From the NCBI GenBank assembly GCA_963822965.1, contig CAWGJT010000013.1:96001-160000 (forward strand): a stretch of 64,000 bases of DNA. Reading direction: 5' to 3'. Shown piece after piece: positions 19,648 to 27,886 of this stretch. The position numbers and the translations under genes were made by a program. How positions within the stretch are numbered: the first letter of the stretch is position 1; the number at the start of each line of letters is the position of its first letter. Under the pieces are notes generated by a model. It saw only the letters and a program-made list of their open reading frames with translations, did not search any database and was not told where the DNA came from. The DNA comes from an uncultured delta proteobacterium. GTDB taxonomy: Bacteria; Myxococcota_A; UBA9160; UBA4427.

Positions 19648-21192
19648 TCAGGGCGCGTAGCCCAGGGCCCGCAGCCGGGCGGCGTCCTCGGCATCGATCT
19701 GCACGGGTGCCTCGGGCCGGGCGCGCTCCACCGAGTAGCGCTTCTGCGCCACCTCCCGCAGCTCGGCGGCGACCTGCGGGTGGCTCGCCGATACGTCCGT
19801 GTGCTCTCCCGGATCGGTGGCGAGGTCGTAGAGGACGGAGGAGCCGCTGCGAGCCTCCAGCACGAGCTTGTAGCGGCCTCGGCGCACCGACCGGTAGACC
19901 GGATAGAACTCGCCGCCCGACATGTAGTCGCTCGAGATTCCGCCCGCCGCCTCCACGTACAGGAGCCGCTTCCGGAAGGGCTCGTCGTCCGCTCCACGCA
20001 GGAGCGGCGACAGGTCTCGCCCCTCCAGCGAGGCCGGCGCATCGACCCCGGTGCGGGCCAGGATCGTCGGCACGATGTCCACGCTGGAGACGGGTGCAGA
20101 GACCCGCAGCCCCGCCGGCACCCCGGGCCCGCGCAGCAGCAGCGGCACCCGGACGCACTCCTGGTAGGCGGTGATGGAGTGCTCGAAGCTGCCGTGTTCC
20201 GCGAACTCCTCGCCGTGGTCCGCAGTGACGACGAGCAGCGTCCGGTCGAGCAGGCCGCGCTCGCGAAGCCTTGCGAAGAGACGGCCCAGCTCCGTGTCGA
20301 GCTGCCGGATCTGGGCGTCGTAGAGCTCCTTCAGGCGCCGCACGTCCGCCGGGCCCAGGTGCAGCTTCTCGACGCTGTCGTCGATCTTGAAGGTGTCGCC
20401 GAAGGTGCAGCGCTCGGGATCGTAGTTCTGCTGGCAGGACTCGATGTAGGCCTCGGGCAGGGTCGCCTGGCGCAGCTGCCAGCCCGTCCCATCGACGATG
20501 CCGTCGTAGGGCGTGAGAAAGAGCTTCTCGTAGGCGTCTGCCGCCACGTAGTCGGTGTGCAGGTCGTAGTAGTGGGCGAAGATGAAGAGCGGGCGGTCCC
20601 CGATCTCGTCGACCCACTGCAGCATCTGGTCGGTCACCCAGGTGTTCGAAGAGCGCCGTGAGAGGCTGCTCTCCGCCCAGGCGTACTTCTCGAAGTCGCG
20701 TGTGAGACCGTAGTTCTCGCGCTTCAGCCACTCCACGTTCACGACGGCCGCCGTCTCCCAGCCCGCCTTCCCCAGGATGCTGGCGATCGTCGGGATCTCG
20801 TCCGGAAGCCGGGTGCGGAACGACAACACGCCGTCACTCAGCGGGAAGAGCCCGGTGAGCATCGAGGCGTGGGAGGGAAGCGTCCACGACGCCGTCGCGC
20901 TGGCGTCGTCGAAGACGGTGCCCTCGGCGGCGATCCCGTCCAGAACCGGGGACGTGAAGCGCTGGTAGCCGTAGAAGCCCAGATGGTCGGCGCGCAGGGT
21001 GTCGATCGAGATCAGCAGGACGAGCCGGGGACGCTCAACGGCGGCCAGCGCCGGCGCCTCGGCCGGAGCCGCCGTGGCGCTGGCGGTGGCTCCCTGCCCG
21101 CCCGGCTCCTGCGAGCAGGCGAGGAGGGCGAGCCCGAGAACGACGGCCGACCATGCGGCTCGCCTGGCACTGGCGAAGCGCTGCGTGGTCAC
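19648..21192 (-). CDS. Sulfatase-like hydrolase/transferase lipoprotein (paralog of 14937-16496)
   Basis: Lipobox LLA-C; SIDTLRADH, WTLPSHASMLTG, TADHGEEF, RLRALGY. Confidence 0.9.
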   Translation of the reverse strand: MTTQRFASARRAAWSAVVLGLALLACSQEPGGQGATASATAAPAEAPALAAVERPRLVLLISIDTLRADHLGFYGYQRFTSPVLDGIAAEGTVFDDASATASWTLPSHASMLTGLFPLSDGVLSFRTRLPDEIPTIASILGKAGWETAAVVNVEWLKRENYGLTRDFEKYAWAESSLSRRSSNTWVTDQMLQWVDEIGDRPLFIFAHYYDLHTDYVAADAYEKLFLTPYDGIVDGTGWQLRQATLPEAYIESCQQNYDPERCTFGDTFKIDDSVEKLHLGPADVRRLKELYDAQIRQLDTELGRLFARLRERGLLDRTLLVVTADHGEEFAEHGSFEHSITAYQECVRVPLLLRGPGVPAGLRVSAPVSSVDIVPTILARTGVDAPASLEGRDLSPLLRGADDEPFRKRLLYVEAAGGISSDYMSGGEFYPVYRSVRRGRYKLVLEARSGSSVLYDLATDPGEHTDVSASHPQVAAELREVAQKRYSVERARPEAPVQIDAEDAARLRALGYAP

Positions 21193-21213
21193 CGTTCGAA
21201 TCTTGCCGCCTCT

Positions 21214-21240
21214 ACTTGCTTGACTTGCTTGACTTGCTTG
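21214..21240. repeat. 9-bp tandem repeat (acttgcttg x3)
   Basis: Seen directly in the intergenic region upstream of the sulfatase-like gene. Confidence 0.75.
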
Positions 21241-21332
21241 CTCGCTTGCCCTCGCCGCCTCTGCGGTCCTAGCGCATCGACTGCGGGGGAGCAGGCCTGC
21301 CGGGAGGAGCCAAACGAGCTCTCTCCGCTCGC

Positions 21333-22046
21333 TCAGGCCCGACGGCGGATGCGATGGGCCAGGAAGGCGGTGGCGAGACAGGCGGTGATCGCAAGGCTGG
21401 CGACCGCCGGCTCGGGAACCGTGACCGCGATCGGACCGCTGATGGTGATTTCGCTGGGATCGAGGACCACGTTGTTGATGCGGAAGATACTGGTGGTGTT
21501 GGACACCGACAGCGTGAGGGTACCGCTGTCGTCGGCCACGAAGACCATCGAGCCGACCCAGACGTTGCTCCCGGTATCCGCACCGATCGAATCGACCGCC
21601 GGAGACGCCCAGTTGGCGTTCACCTGCCCCTTTCCCGCAGGCGGGGCGATCCAGAGCTTGAAGGGGTTCTGCAGCGGGTACAAACCGACCGGCGGCATGC
21701 CGGTCATGTAGAGGATGTACCCGGGAGCGCCGCCCGTCGTGCCGTACGCCTCCGGGGGAGCCGGGTAGATGATCGGCAGCGCGCCCGAAGCCGGTTCGTC
21801 GTAGGAGATCTCCGGATCGTCGAAGAAGACCGAGAACGAGATCAGCTGCGAGTTGAACTGATCGGCGTCGAGGAAGAAGTCCAGTACGACGCTGTCACCG
21901 GGGCTGAGACTACCCGGGTCGTTGGTGCCGGGTCGCACGGACATGGTGACCGCAAAGGCGCTTGCGCTGCTGGCCCCGAAAAGGGTGGCGCCGAAGAGGG
22001 TGGCCACGAGAGCCAGCACGGTTTTGTACGCGTTGAAGGACCGCAT
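21333..22046 (-). CDS. PEP-CTERM surface protein with cohesin-like body (close paralog of 7901-8593)
   Basis: GGAG RBS 9 nt before ATG 22046; signal peptide; shares blocks ALPIIYPAP, PGYILYM, LYPLQNP, SPAVDSIG, GTLTLSVSNTTSI with 7901-8593; VPEP-TM-HRIRRRA tail. Confidence 0.9.
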   Translation of the reverse strand: MRSFNAYKTVLALVATLFGATLFGASSASAFAVTMSVRPGTNDPGSLSPGDSVVLDFFLDADQFNSQLISFSVFFDDPEISYDEPASGALPIIYPAPPEAYGTTGGAPGYILYMTGMPPVGLYPLQNPFKLWIAPPAGKGQVNANWASPAVDSIGADTGSNVWVGSMVFVADDSGTLTLSVSNTTSIFRINNVVLDPSEITISGPIAVTVPEPAVASLAITACLATAFLAHRIRRRA

Positions 22047-22138
22047 TCGTTGCATCTCCCTGGGTCGAGATTCACGAGATTCAAGATTGGACGAGAGGCT
22101 GGACGAGGGACCCGAGGTCCGGAGCCCGGAAAGGAATC

Positions 22139-22393
22139 TCACTGGCCTCGCAGATCGAGGAAGGTCGAGACGTCGGAGAGCGAAATGCCGCCGTCGCCGT
22201 CGTAGTCCGCAGCCGCCACGAAGTCGGAATCACCGACGTGTGTCTGCTTGGTCGCCATGTCCATGATGATGGCCAGGTCGGCGTCGTCGCACACACCATC
22301 GCCGTTGAAGTCGCAGGTCTCGCCGGCCGCGAGGGCGGCGGGCGCCGCCAGCATGAACCCAGCCGCGACGAGGAACGCAAAAGAGCGCTTCAT
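22139..22393 (-). CDS. Small secreted stand-alone dockerin-like protein
   Basis: GGGGAG RBS; signal peptide; two EF-loop repeats CDFNGDGVCDDADL and ADYDGDGGISLSDV, each followed by an amphipathic helix. Confidence 0.8.
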   Translation of the reverse strand: MKRSFAFLVAAGFMLAAPAALAAGETCDFNGDGVCDDADLAIIMDMATKQTHVGDSDFVAAADYDGDGGISLSDVSTFLDLRGQ

Positions 22394-22866
22394 GTTCTAC
22401 TCCCCCAGAATTTTCCGCGGAATCCACCGCTCGAGGCGCGAAGCATACTACATCACGCTCCCGGCAGGAGCATCCGCGCACGGCCAGTCCGAGGCGGCGC
22501 GCCGGCCGCAAACGCCGATGGCAGGCTCTTGTCGAATCGAGGCTCCGTCGGAACCGGGAGCGGGCCCGTGGCGACCCAGGAGCGCGGGCCCCCAACCGCG
22601 GACCACAAGCAGAGCCAGAGCCAGACCCACAAGCACGAGCCAGACCCACGAGCACGAGAGAGGCGCTGGCCGGCCACCCCGACGAAGCGTGGCCTTTGGG
22701 CTACGCTTCGACGCCTTCCGGCGGGGCCGTCGATCGGGAGGGGTGGGGCGCGGGCCGGCGACCGGCGCGTATACTGCGGGGCCCCATGGGGTACGTACCC
22801 GGGGCTCCCCGGCCCGCCAGCGGCCGGGCCACGCCCATGGCCACCGTCACACGAGAGGTTCAACCG

Positions 22867-25395
22867 ATGCGCTTCCACCTCCCTTCCGGAAACACGCTCC
22901 GCGCCGGAAACACGCTCCGCGCCGGAAACACGCTCCGCGCCGGCGCCACACTGCTGCTCGCCTGCCTGCTGGCCGTGCCCGGCTGCCAGGACGACCAGGA
23001 GAAGGCCGCCGCCCTGCTCGCGAGTGGACGGGCCGCCGCCGAGGCCGGGCAGCAACCCGAGGCGATCATCGACTTCCGGAAGGCGCTCAAGATCGACCCG
23101 AACTCGGCAGAGGCGCACTACGCGCTCGGCCAGTCGTACGCCCAGCAGGGCCAGATTCGCGATGCGACGTGGGAGTTCTCCGAGGCGGCTCGCCTCGACC
23201 CCGAGAACTCGGACGCCCACCTGAAGCTGGGAGCCCTGAACCTCGTCGTGGGGGACTTCGATGCCACCTTGAAGGAGGCGGACCTCGTGATCGACCTGGC
23301 GCCCGACAATGCCGCCGCCTACGTGCTCCGCGGTCGGGCGCTCGACGGGCTCCAACGACCGGGGGAGGCCGAGACCGCCTACCTGAAGGCGGTGGCGCTG
23401 GAGCCCGAGGGCAGTGCCTACCTCTACGTGCTCGGCCAGCACTACGCGAACGTCGGGGAGCGCGACAAGGCCGAGCCCGTCATCGTGAAGATCACCGAGA
23501 TCGACCCGGGCTTCGACGCCTACACGAACCTGGGGCGATTCCTCGCCATGGACCCGTCCCGGGACGACAACGCGGAGGCGGCATTCCGAAAGGCCCTGGA
23601 AGCTGCCAAGGACCCGGAGCAGGTCGTGTCCGGCTACCAGAACCTCGCGAACTTCTACGCTTCGCGGGATCGATCGGAAGAGGCCGCCGCGATCCTCCAG
23701 GAAGGCTTCACGAAGCTCGCGGGCGAGCCCGACAGCCAGCTGCAGCTCACCCAGATGCTGGCCCAGACGCTCGAGCGCCTCGGCCGGAGCGACGAGGCCG
23801 CGAAGATGCTCGAGGCGGCGATCCAGAACGCCCCGGACGCGGTGGAGCCGCGCCTGATGCTGGCCCGCCAACGGCAGCGGCACGGCGACACCATCGGCGC
23901 CCTCGAAGCGGCCGAGGCCGCACTGAAGATCGATCCGACCAGCACCGAGACACGGCTCGCCAAGGCCGAGTACCTGATGGAACTCAGCACCGACAGCAAG
24001 AACGAGGCCCAGCTCGCCGAGGCGCGCAGCATCGTCGACGAGGTTCTCGCCGGGGAGCCCACCCAGCCGGAAGCCCTCTACCTGAAGGGCCGCATGGCGC
24101 TCGCCGAGCGGGACGCCGACGGAGCCATCCAGGCCTTCCGCGCCTCCCTCGACGCGCGACCCGACTCCTCCAGGGCCCACTACATGCTGGGCCGGGCCCT
24201 GGCGGCGTCCGGTGACACGCGGACGGCCCGCGCCGAGGTGGCCCGCGCCCTCGAGGTCGACCCGTCGATGACGCTCGCCCGCCGCCTGCTGATCCAGCTC
24301 CACGCCGCCCTCGGCGAGGACGAGTACGCGATCGATCAGGGTCGCATCTACCTGAACCACAACACGGACCCGCAGATCCGGCTGATCGTCGCGCAGAGCC
24401 TCGCCCACCTGGGGCGGGTCGACGAGGCGCTGGACGGCGTCGCCCAGATTCCCACGGACAAGCGCGACGCAGACGTGGCCTTCGCGCGGGCGCGGCTCCT
24501 GATCCAGGCCAACAAGCTCGAAGAGGCGCGCAGCGCGCTGCTCGCGGCGCTCGAGACGCGCCCGAACCATCCCGGAGTGCTGGCCACCCTGCTGCAGGTG
24601 GAGTCGCAGCTCGGAAAGGTCGAGCGCGCGGCCCCCCGCATCGACGCCGCCCTCGCCACCGACCCGAACGACGCCGAGCTCGTCCGGATCAAGGGCAGCT
24701 ACCTGGTCGCGACGGGGGACGTGAAGGGAGCCGAGCAGGCGTTCGCCCACGCCCTCGAGCTGGATCCCAAGAACGTCGGGGCCTTCCAGCAGCTGGCCCA
24801 GATCTATCAGCAGACGGGACGGATCGACGAAGCCATCCAGTCCTACCAGAAGGCCATCGAGCAGAATCCGCAAGTCGCCTCGTTGCATCATCTCCTGGCG
24901 GAGCTGTACGAGGCCCAGGGAAAGACGCAGCTCGCCCGTGAGGGCTACGAGAAGGCCATCGCGCTCGACGCCAACATGGCCCAGTCGAAGAACAACCTGG
25001 CCTACCTGCTGGCCGAGTCCGGCGAGAACCTCGACCGCGCCCTCGATCTCGCCCAGGAGGCGAAGGCCGCCCTGCCCGACAGCCCGGGCGCCGCGGACAC
25101 CCTGGGCTGGGTGCTCTACCGGCGCGGCATTCCCTCGGCGGCGGTGGGCTACCTGCGCGAAGCCGTCGCCGGGATGGAGGCCAACACCCAGCAGATGGCG
25201 ATCGTCCGACACCACCTGGCGTTGGCCTACGAGGCCAACGACCAGAAGCAGCTGGCGCTGGAGACCCTCGAGCAGTCGCTGCAGGATCTGGAGCAGAGCC
25301 AGGCGCGCGCGCGCGCGGACGGTCAGACACCCGCGGACCCCGAGTGGACCGCGTCCGCCCGCGAGATGCTGGCGCGACTGAAGGAAGCCGGGTGA
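22867..25395 (+). CDS. Large TPR lipoprotein, PrsT-like (PEP-CTERM system TPR protein)
   Basis: GAGAGG RBS; lipobox VPG-C; many TPRs; C-terminal NNLAYLLAE...ADTLGWVLY...RHHLALAY pattern typical of PrsT-type proteins; exosortase context. Confidence 0.8.
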   Translation: MRFHLPSGNTLRAGNTLRAGNTLRAGATLLLACLLAVPGCQDDQEKAAALLASGRAAAEAGQQPEAIIDFRKALKIDPNSAEAHYALGQSYAQQGQIRDATWEFSEAARLDPENSDAHLKLGALNLVVGDFDATLKEADLVIDLAPDNAAAYVLRGRALDGLQRPGEAETAYLKAVALEPEGSAYLYVLGQHYANVGERDKAEPVIVKITEIDPGFDAYTNLGRFLAMDPSRDDNAEAAFRKALEAAKDPEQVVSGYQNLANFYASRDRSEEAAAILQEGFTKLAGEPDSQLQLTQMLAQTLERLGRSDEAAKMLEAAIQNAPDAVEPRLMLARQRQRHGDTIGALEAAEAALKIDPTSTETRLAKAEYLMELSTDSKNEAQLAEARSIVDEVLAGEPTQPEALYLKGRMALAERDADGAIQAFRASLDARPDSSRAHYMLGRALAASGDTRTARAEVARALEVDPSMTLARRLLIQLHAALGEDEYAIDQGRIYLNHNTDPQIRLIVAQSLAHLGRVDEALDGVAQIPTDKRDADVAFARARLLIQANKLEEARSALLAALETRPNHPGVLATLLQVESQLGKVERAAPRIDAALATDPNDAELVRIKGSYLVATGDVKGAEQAFAHALELDPKNVGAFQQLAQIYQQTGRIDEAIQSYQKAIEQNPQVASLHHLLAELYEAQGKTQLAREGYEKAIALDANMAQSKNNLAYLLAESGENLDRALDLAQEAKAALPDSPGAADTLGWVLYRRGIPSAAVGYLREAVAGMEANTQQMAIVRHHLALAYEANDQKQLALETLEQSLQDLEQSQARARADGQTPADPEWTASAREMLARLKEAG
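22886..22943 (+). repeat. 18-bp in-frame tandem repeat (GNTLRA x3) in the signal peptide n-region
   Basis: ggaaacacgctccgcgcc, three perfect copies. Confidence 0.9.
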
Positions 25396-25485
25396 CCGCC
25401 AGGAGGCCGAAGCCGGTCGAGGCACGGGCGGCCGAAGCCGGGTGAGGTACGGGCGGCCGAAGCCGGGTGAGGCACCGGCGACCGC
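25386..25485. repeat. 25-bp degenerate tandem repeat (about 4 copies) starting at the TPR gene stop codon
   Basis: Units at 25386, 25411, 25436 and 25461; consensus agccgggtgaggyacgggcggccga. Confidence 0.8.
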
Positions 25486-25669
25486 GGCCGGAGCCTGACG
25501 GGCACGCGATCGGTCCCGACCGGAAGCTTCGCACGCCAAGTCCGCATCGTGCCGACTGTGTGGGTGCGCCGCAGGCCGCCCTGTCCCGTTTCGGGCGCCG
25601 CGGAATGGCCGACAGAGCCCGGACGGAGGGCGGCAGGGGACGCGCGGGCCCGGTAGAGTCCGGCCCCGC

Positions 25670-26419
25670 ATGCCCCCTGGAACCCTGCGAATCGCACCGC
25701 GTGCGAAGCTCCGCATCGCGCTCGCCCTCGCCGCATCGCTCGCCTGCGTGGGGATCGCCGGCGCCGCCCAGGCGTCGATCGGCGTCGAGCTCGTGTGGAT
25801 CTCGACCACGGGCTCGGGAATCCCAGGCTCGAGCGTCATCGAGGCCGAGCCGGGAGACGAGCTGGTGCTCGAGATCCGCATCCACGTGGACTCGGCGGGC
25901 GTGCAGGGCTACGGGCTCTCGGTGCTCTTCGACGACCGCCTGATGGACGAGCTCGACATCGTGAGCGTCGAGGAGCTGGACGATATTCCGACCCTCGAGT
26001 GCGAGCCGTTCCCGAGCTGCTTCTCGCAGAACCCGCTCACGAACGTCACCATGGGCGTCGTCGAGACCGAGACCGAGAGCGACGCCGACACGGCCGGCCT
26101 GGTGGGCAGCTTCGAGGCCATCGCGAAGGCGATCGACGGCCCGGTGGACTTCATGTCGCCCGTCGGGCGCATCACCTTCCAGGTGACGGACAACGTCGAC
26201 ACGAACGGCCCGGACCTCGAGGGCTCGGTGCTCACGGGAACCGACGGCTATCTCGACAACAACCTCGACTTCGTCGGCATCGACGACATGCCGAGCCCCC
26301 TCGTGACCCCCGGCTTCGCGGCGGTGAGCCTGCTGCCCGAGCCCGGCGCCTCGAGCCTCGCCGCCGGGGCGCTCGTCACCCTCGCCTGGCTGCGGCGACG
26401 AGCGCGCACGACGCGCTGA
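25670..26419 (+). CDS. PEP-CTERM surface protein, cohesin-like body
   Basis: Signal peptide ending AQA; EAEPGDELVLEIRI...GYGLSVLFD...VGRITFQV; LPEP-TM-RRRARTTR tail. Confidence 0.85.
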   Translation: MPPGTLRIAPRAKLRIALALAASLACVGIAGAAQASIGVELVWISTTGSGIPGSSVIEAEPGDELVLEIRIHVDSAGVQGYGLSVLFDDRLMDELDIVSVEELDDIPTLECEPFPSCFSQNPLTNVTMGVVETETESDADTAGLVGSFEAIAKAIDGPVDFMSPVGRITFQVTDNVDTNGPDLEGSVLTGTDGYLDNNLDFVGIDDMPSPLVTPGFAAVSLLPEPGASSLAAGALVTLAWLRRRARTTR

Positions 26420-26500
26420 CCGTCCCTCTTCTGTGTCGCCCCCTGGATCGTCTTCTGCGTCGGCGGCTTCCGCGTCGTCCGCTTCGACGAATCCGGGACG

Positions 26501-27853
26501 TCAACGCGCCTGGGTGTAGCGCGCGCGCGGGCGCAGCAGGTAGCCCGCCTCGTAGTGCTCGAGGGCGTGCGCCACCCAGCCCGCGCAGCGTCCCACGGCG
26601 AAGATCCCCGCGGCCGAGCCCGGCGGCAGCTCGAGGGCCGCCGCCAGCGCCACCAGCCCCATGTCGAGGGTGGCGCCGCCGCCCTCGCTGCGCCGCACCA
26701 CCTCCACCAGCTCGATGCAGGTTCGGACCGCCTCGCGATCGGGGGCCAGCGCGGCCGCCAGCTCCATCAGCGAGGCGCCGCGCGGATCGCCGTCGGGATA
26801 CAGCGGATGCCCGAAGCCTTCGATGGCTTCCCCCCGCCGCGCCCGCTCGTGGATCACGCGCTCGGCCTGGTCGGGACGGCCGATCTCCGCCACCAGCGCC
26901 TCGATGCGGTCGGCCGCGCCGCCGTGGCGCGGGCCGGACAGGGTGGCCAGGGCGGCCTGCACGCACGCGTACACGTCCGCTCCCGTGGAGGCGGCCACCC
27001 GGGCCGCGAACGTCGAGGCGTTGAGCTCGTGGTCGGCCGCCAGCACGAGCGCCCGGTTGAGAGCGCGCACGCCTTCCGCGCCGCAGGCGGCACCCAGGGC
27101 CGCGGCCACCGTCTCGGCGACGCCGTGTGCGGCCAGGGCCGCCTGCGTGCGCGCCTTGCGGGCCGAGAGGCCCAGGGCCGCGGCCATGCGGACGATCAGG
27201 GTGCGGGCGCGCGGTGCCACCGCGTCGGCCCGGGTGACGAAGCGGCCCGGGTCCCGGGTGGCCAGCAGGGGAACCACCAGCGAGAGCACCGACAGCGGCG
27301 GAATCGGCGGGGCGGAGGACGGCGGCGCGACCAGCGCCCGCAGGGTCTCCACGGGCACCCCGAAGCCCCGGGGCCCCCAGAAGTAGACCGTTCGTTCGGT
27401 TGCCTCGGGGCTGGAGGCCAGCTCGCCGCCGGTCCACAGCAGCTCGGCGACCGCCTCGAAGCGGACGTCTGCGGCGGCCAGATCCACGGCGGCGTGCCCG
27501 CGGTAGACGGGACCCCGGTCGGGCAGGAGCGCCGTGATCGACGAGTCGAGCACGGGCTCCCCGAAGCGCAGGGCGCCGGCCGCCACGGGACCGTGCCCGG
27601 CCCGGGCGTCCCGGCGTGCGCGCAGGCGTTCGAGGTCGGCGCGCAGGTAGCGGCGGGCGCGCCCGCGCTGCCCCGGCACGCTTCGGACCAGCCCGCGGCT
27701 CGTGTACGCGTAGAGGGTGGGCAGCTTCACGTCCAGCAGCGCCGCGGCGTCCCGGGCGCTCAGGTACTGATCGCGGCGCGGATCCTGGGGGGCCGCTGCA
27801 GCCTGCTCACCGTATGATTGATTATCGAATGTACGTTGATCAATTTCGTCCAC
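26501..27853 (-). CDS. Citrate synthase family protein with N-terminal HTH (excisionase/MerR-like) DNA-binding domain; start uncertain
   Basis: YLSARDAAALLDVKLPTLYAYTSRGL HTH; DHELNASTF, GPRHGGA, GFGHPLY..GDPR. Confidence 0.85.
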   Translation of the reverse strand: MDEIDQRTFDNQSYGEQAAAAPQDPRRDQYLSARDAAALLDVKLPTLYAYTSRGLVRSVPGQRGRARRYLRADLERLRARRDARAGHGPVAAGALRFGEPVLDSSITALLPDRGPVYRGHAAVDLAAADVRFEAVAELLWTGGELASSPEATERTVYFWGPRGFGVPVETLRALVAPPSSAPPIPPLSVLSLVVPLLATRDPGRFVTRADAVAPRARTLIVRMAAALGLSARKARTQAALAAHGVAETVAAALGAACGAEGVRALNRALVLAADHELNASTFAARVAASTGADVYACVQAALATLSGPRHGGAADRIEALVAEIGRPDQAERVIHERARRGEAIEGFGHPLYPDGDPRGASLMELAAALAPDREAVRTCIELVEVVRRSEGGGATLDMGLVALAAALELPPGSAAGIFAVGRCAGWVAHALEHYEAGYLLRPRARYTQAR

Positions 27854-27886
27854 CCATCTAGCATAGCGGCCACGAGGAGGATGGCC

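Noticed and set aside
25499..25516. Sigma54-like GGGCACGCG upstream of the third PEP-CTERM gene
   Set aside because: The -12 GC is missing at the required spacing; no GG-N10-GC element was found upstream of the second dockerin gene either
22453..25881. 1142-aa ORF on the minus strand
   Set aside because: Antisense shadow of the TPR lipoprotein; no recognisable motifs
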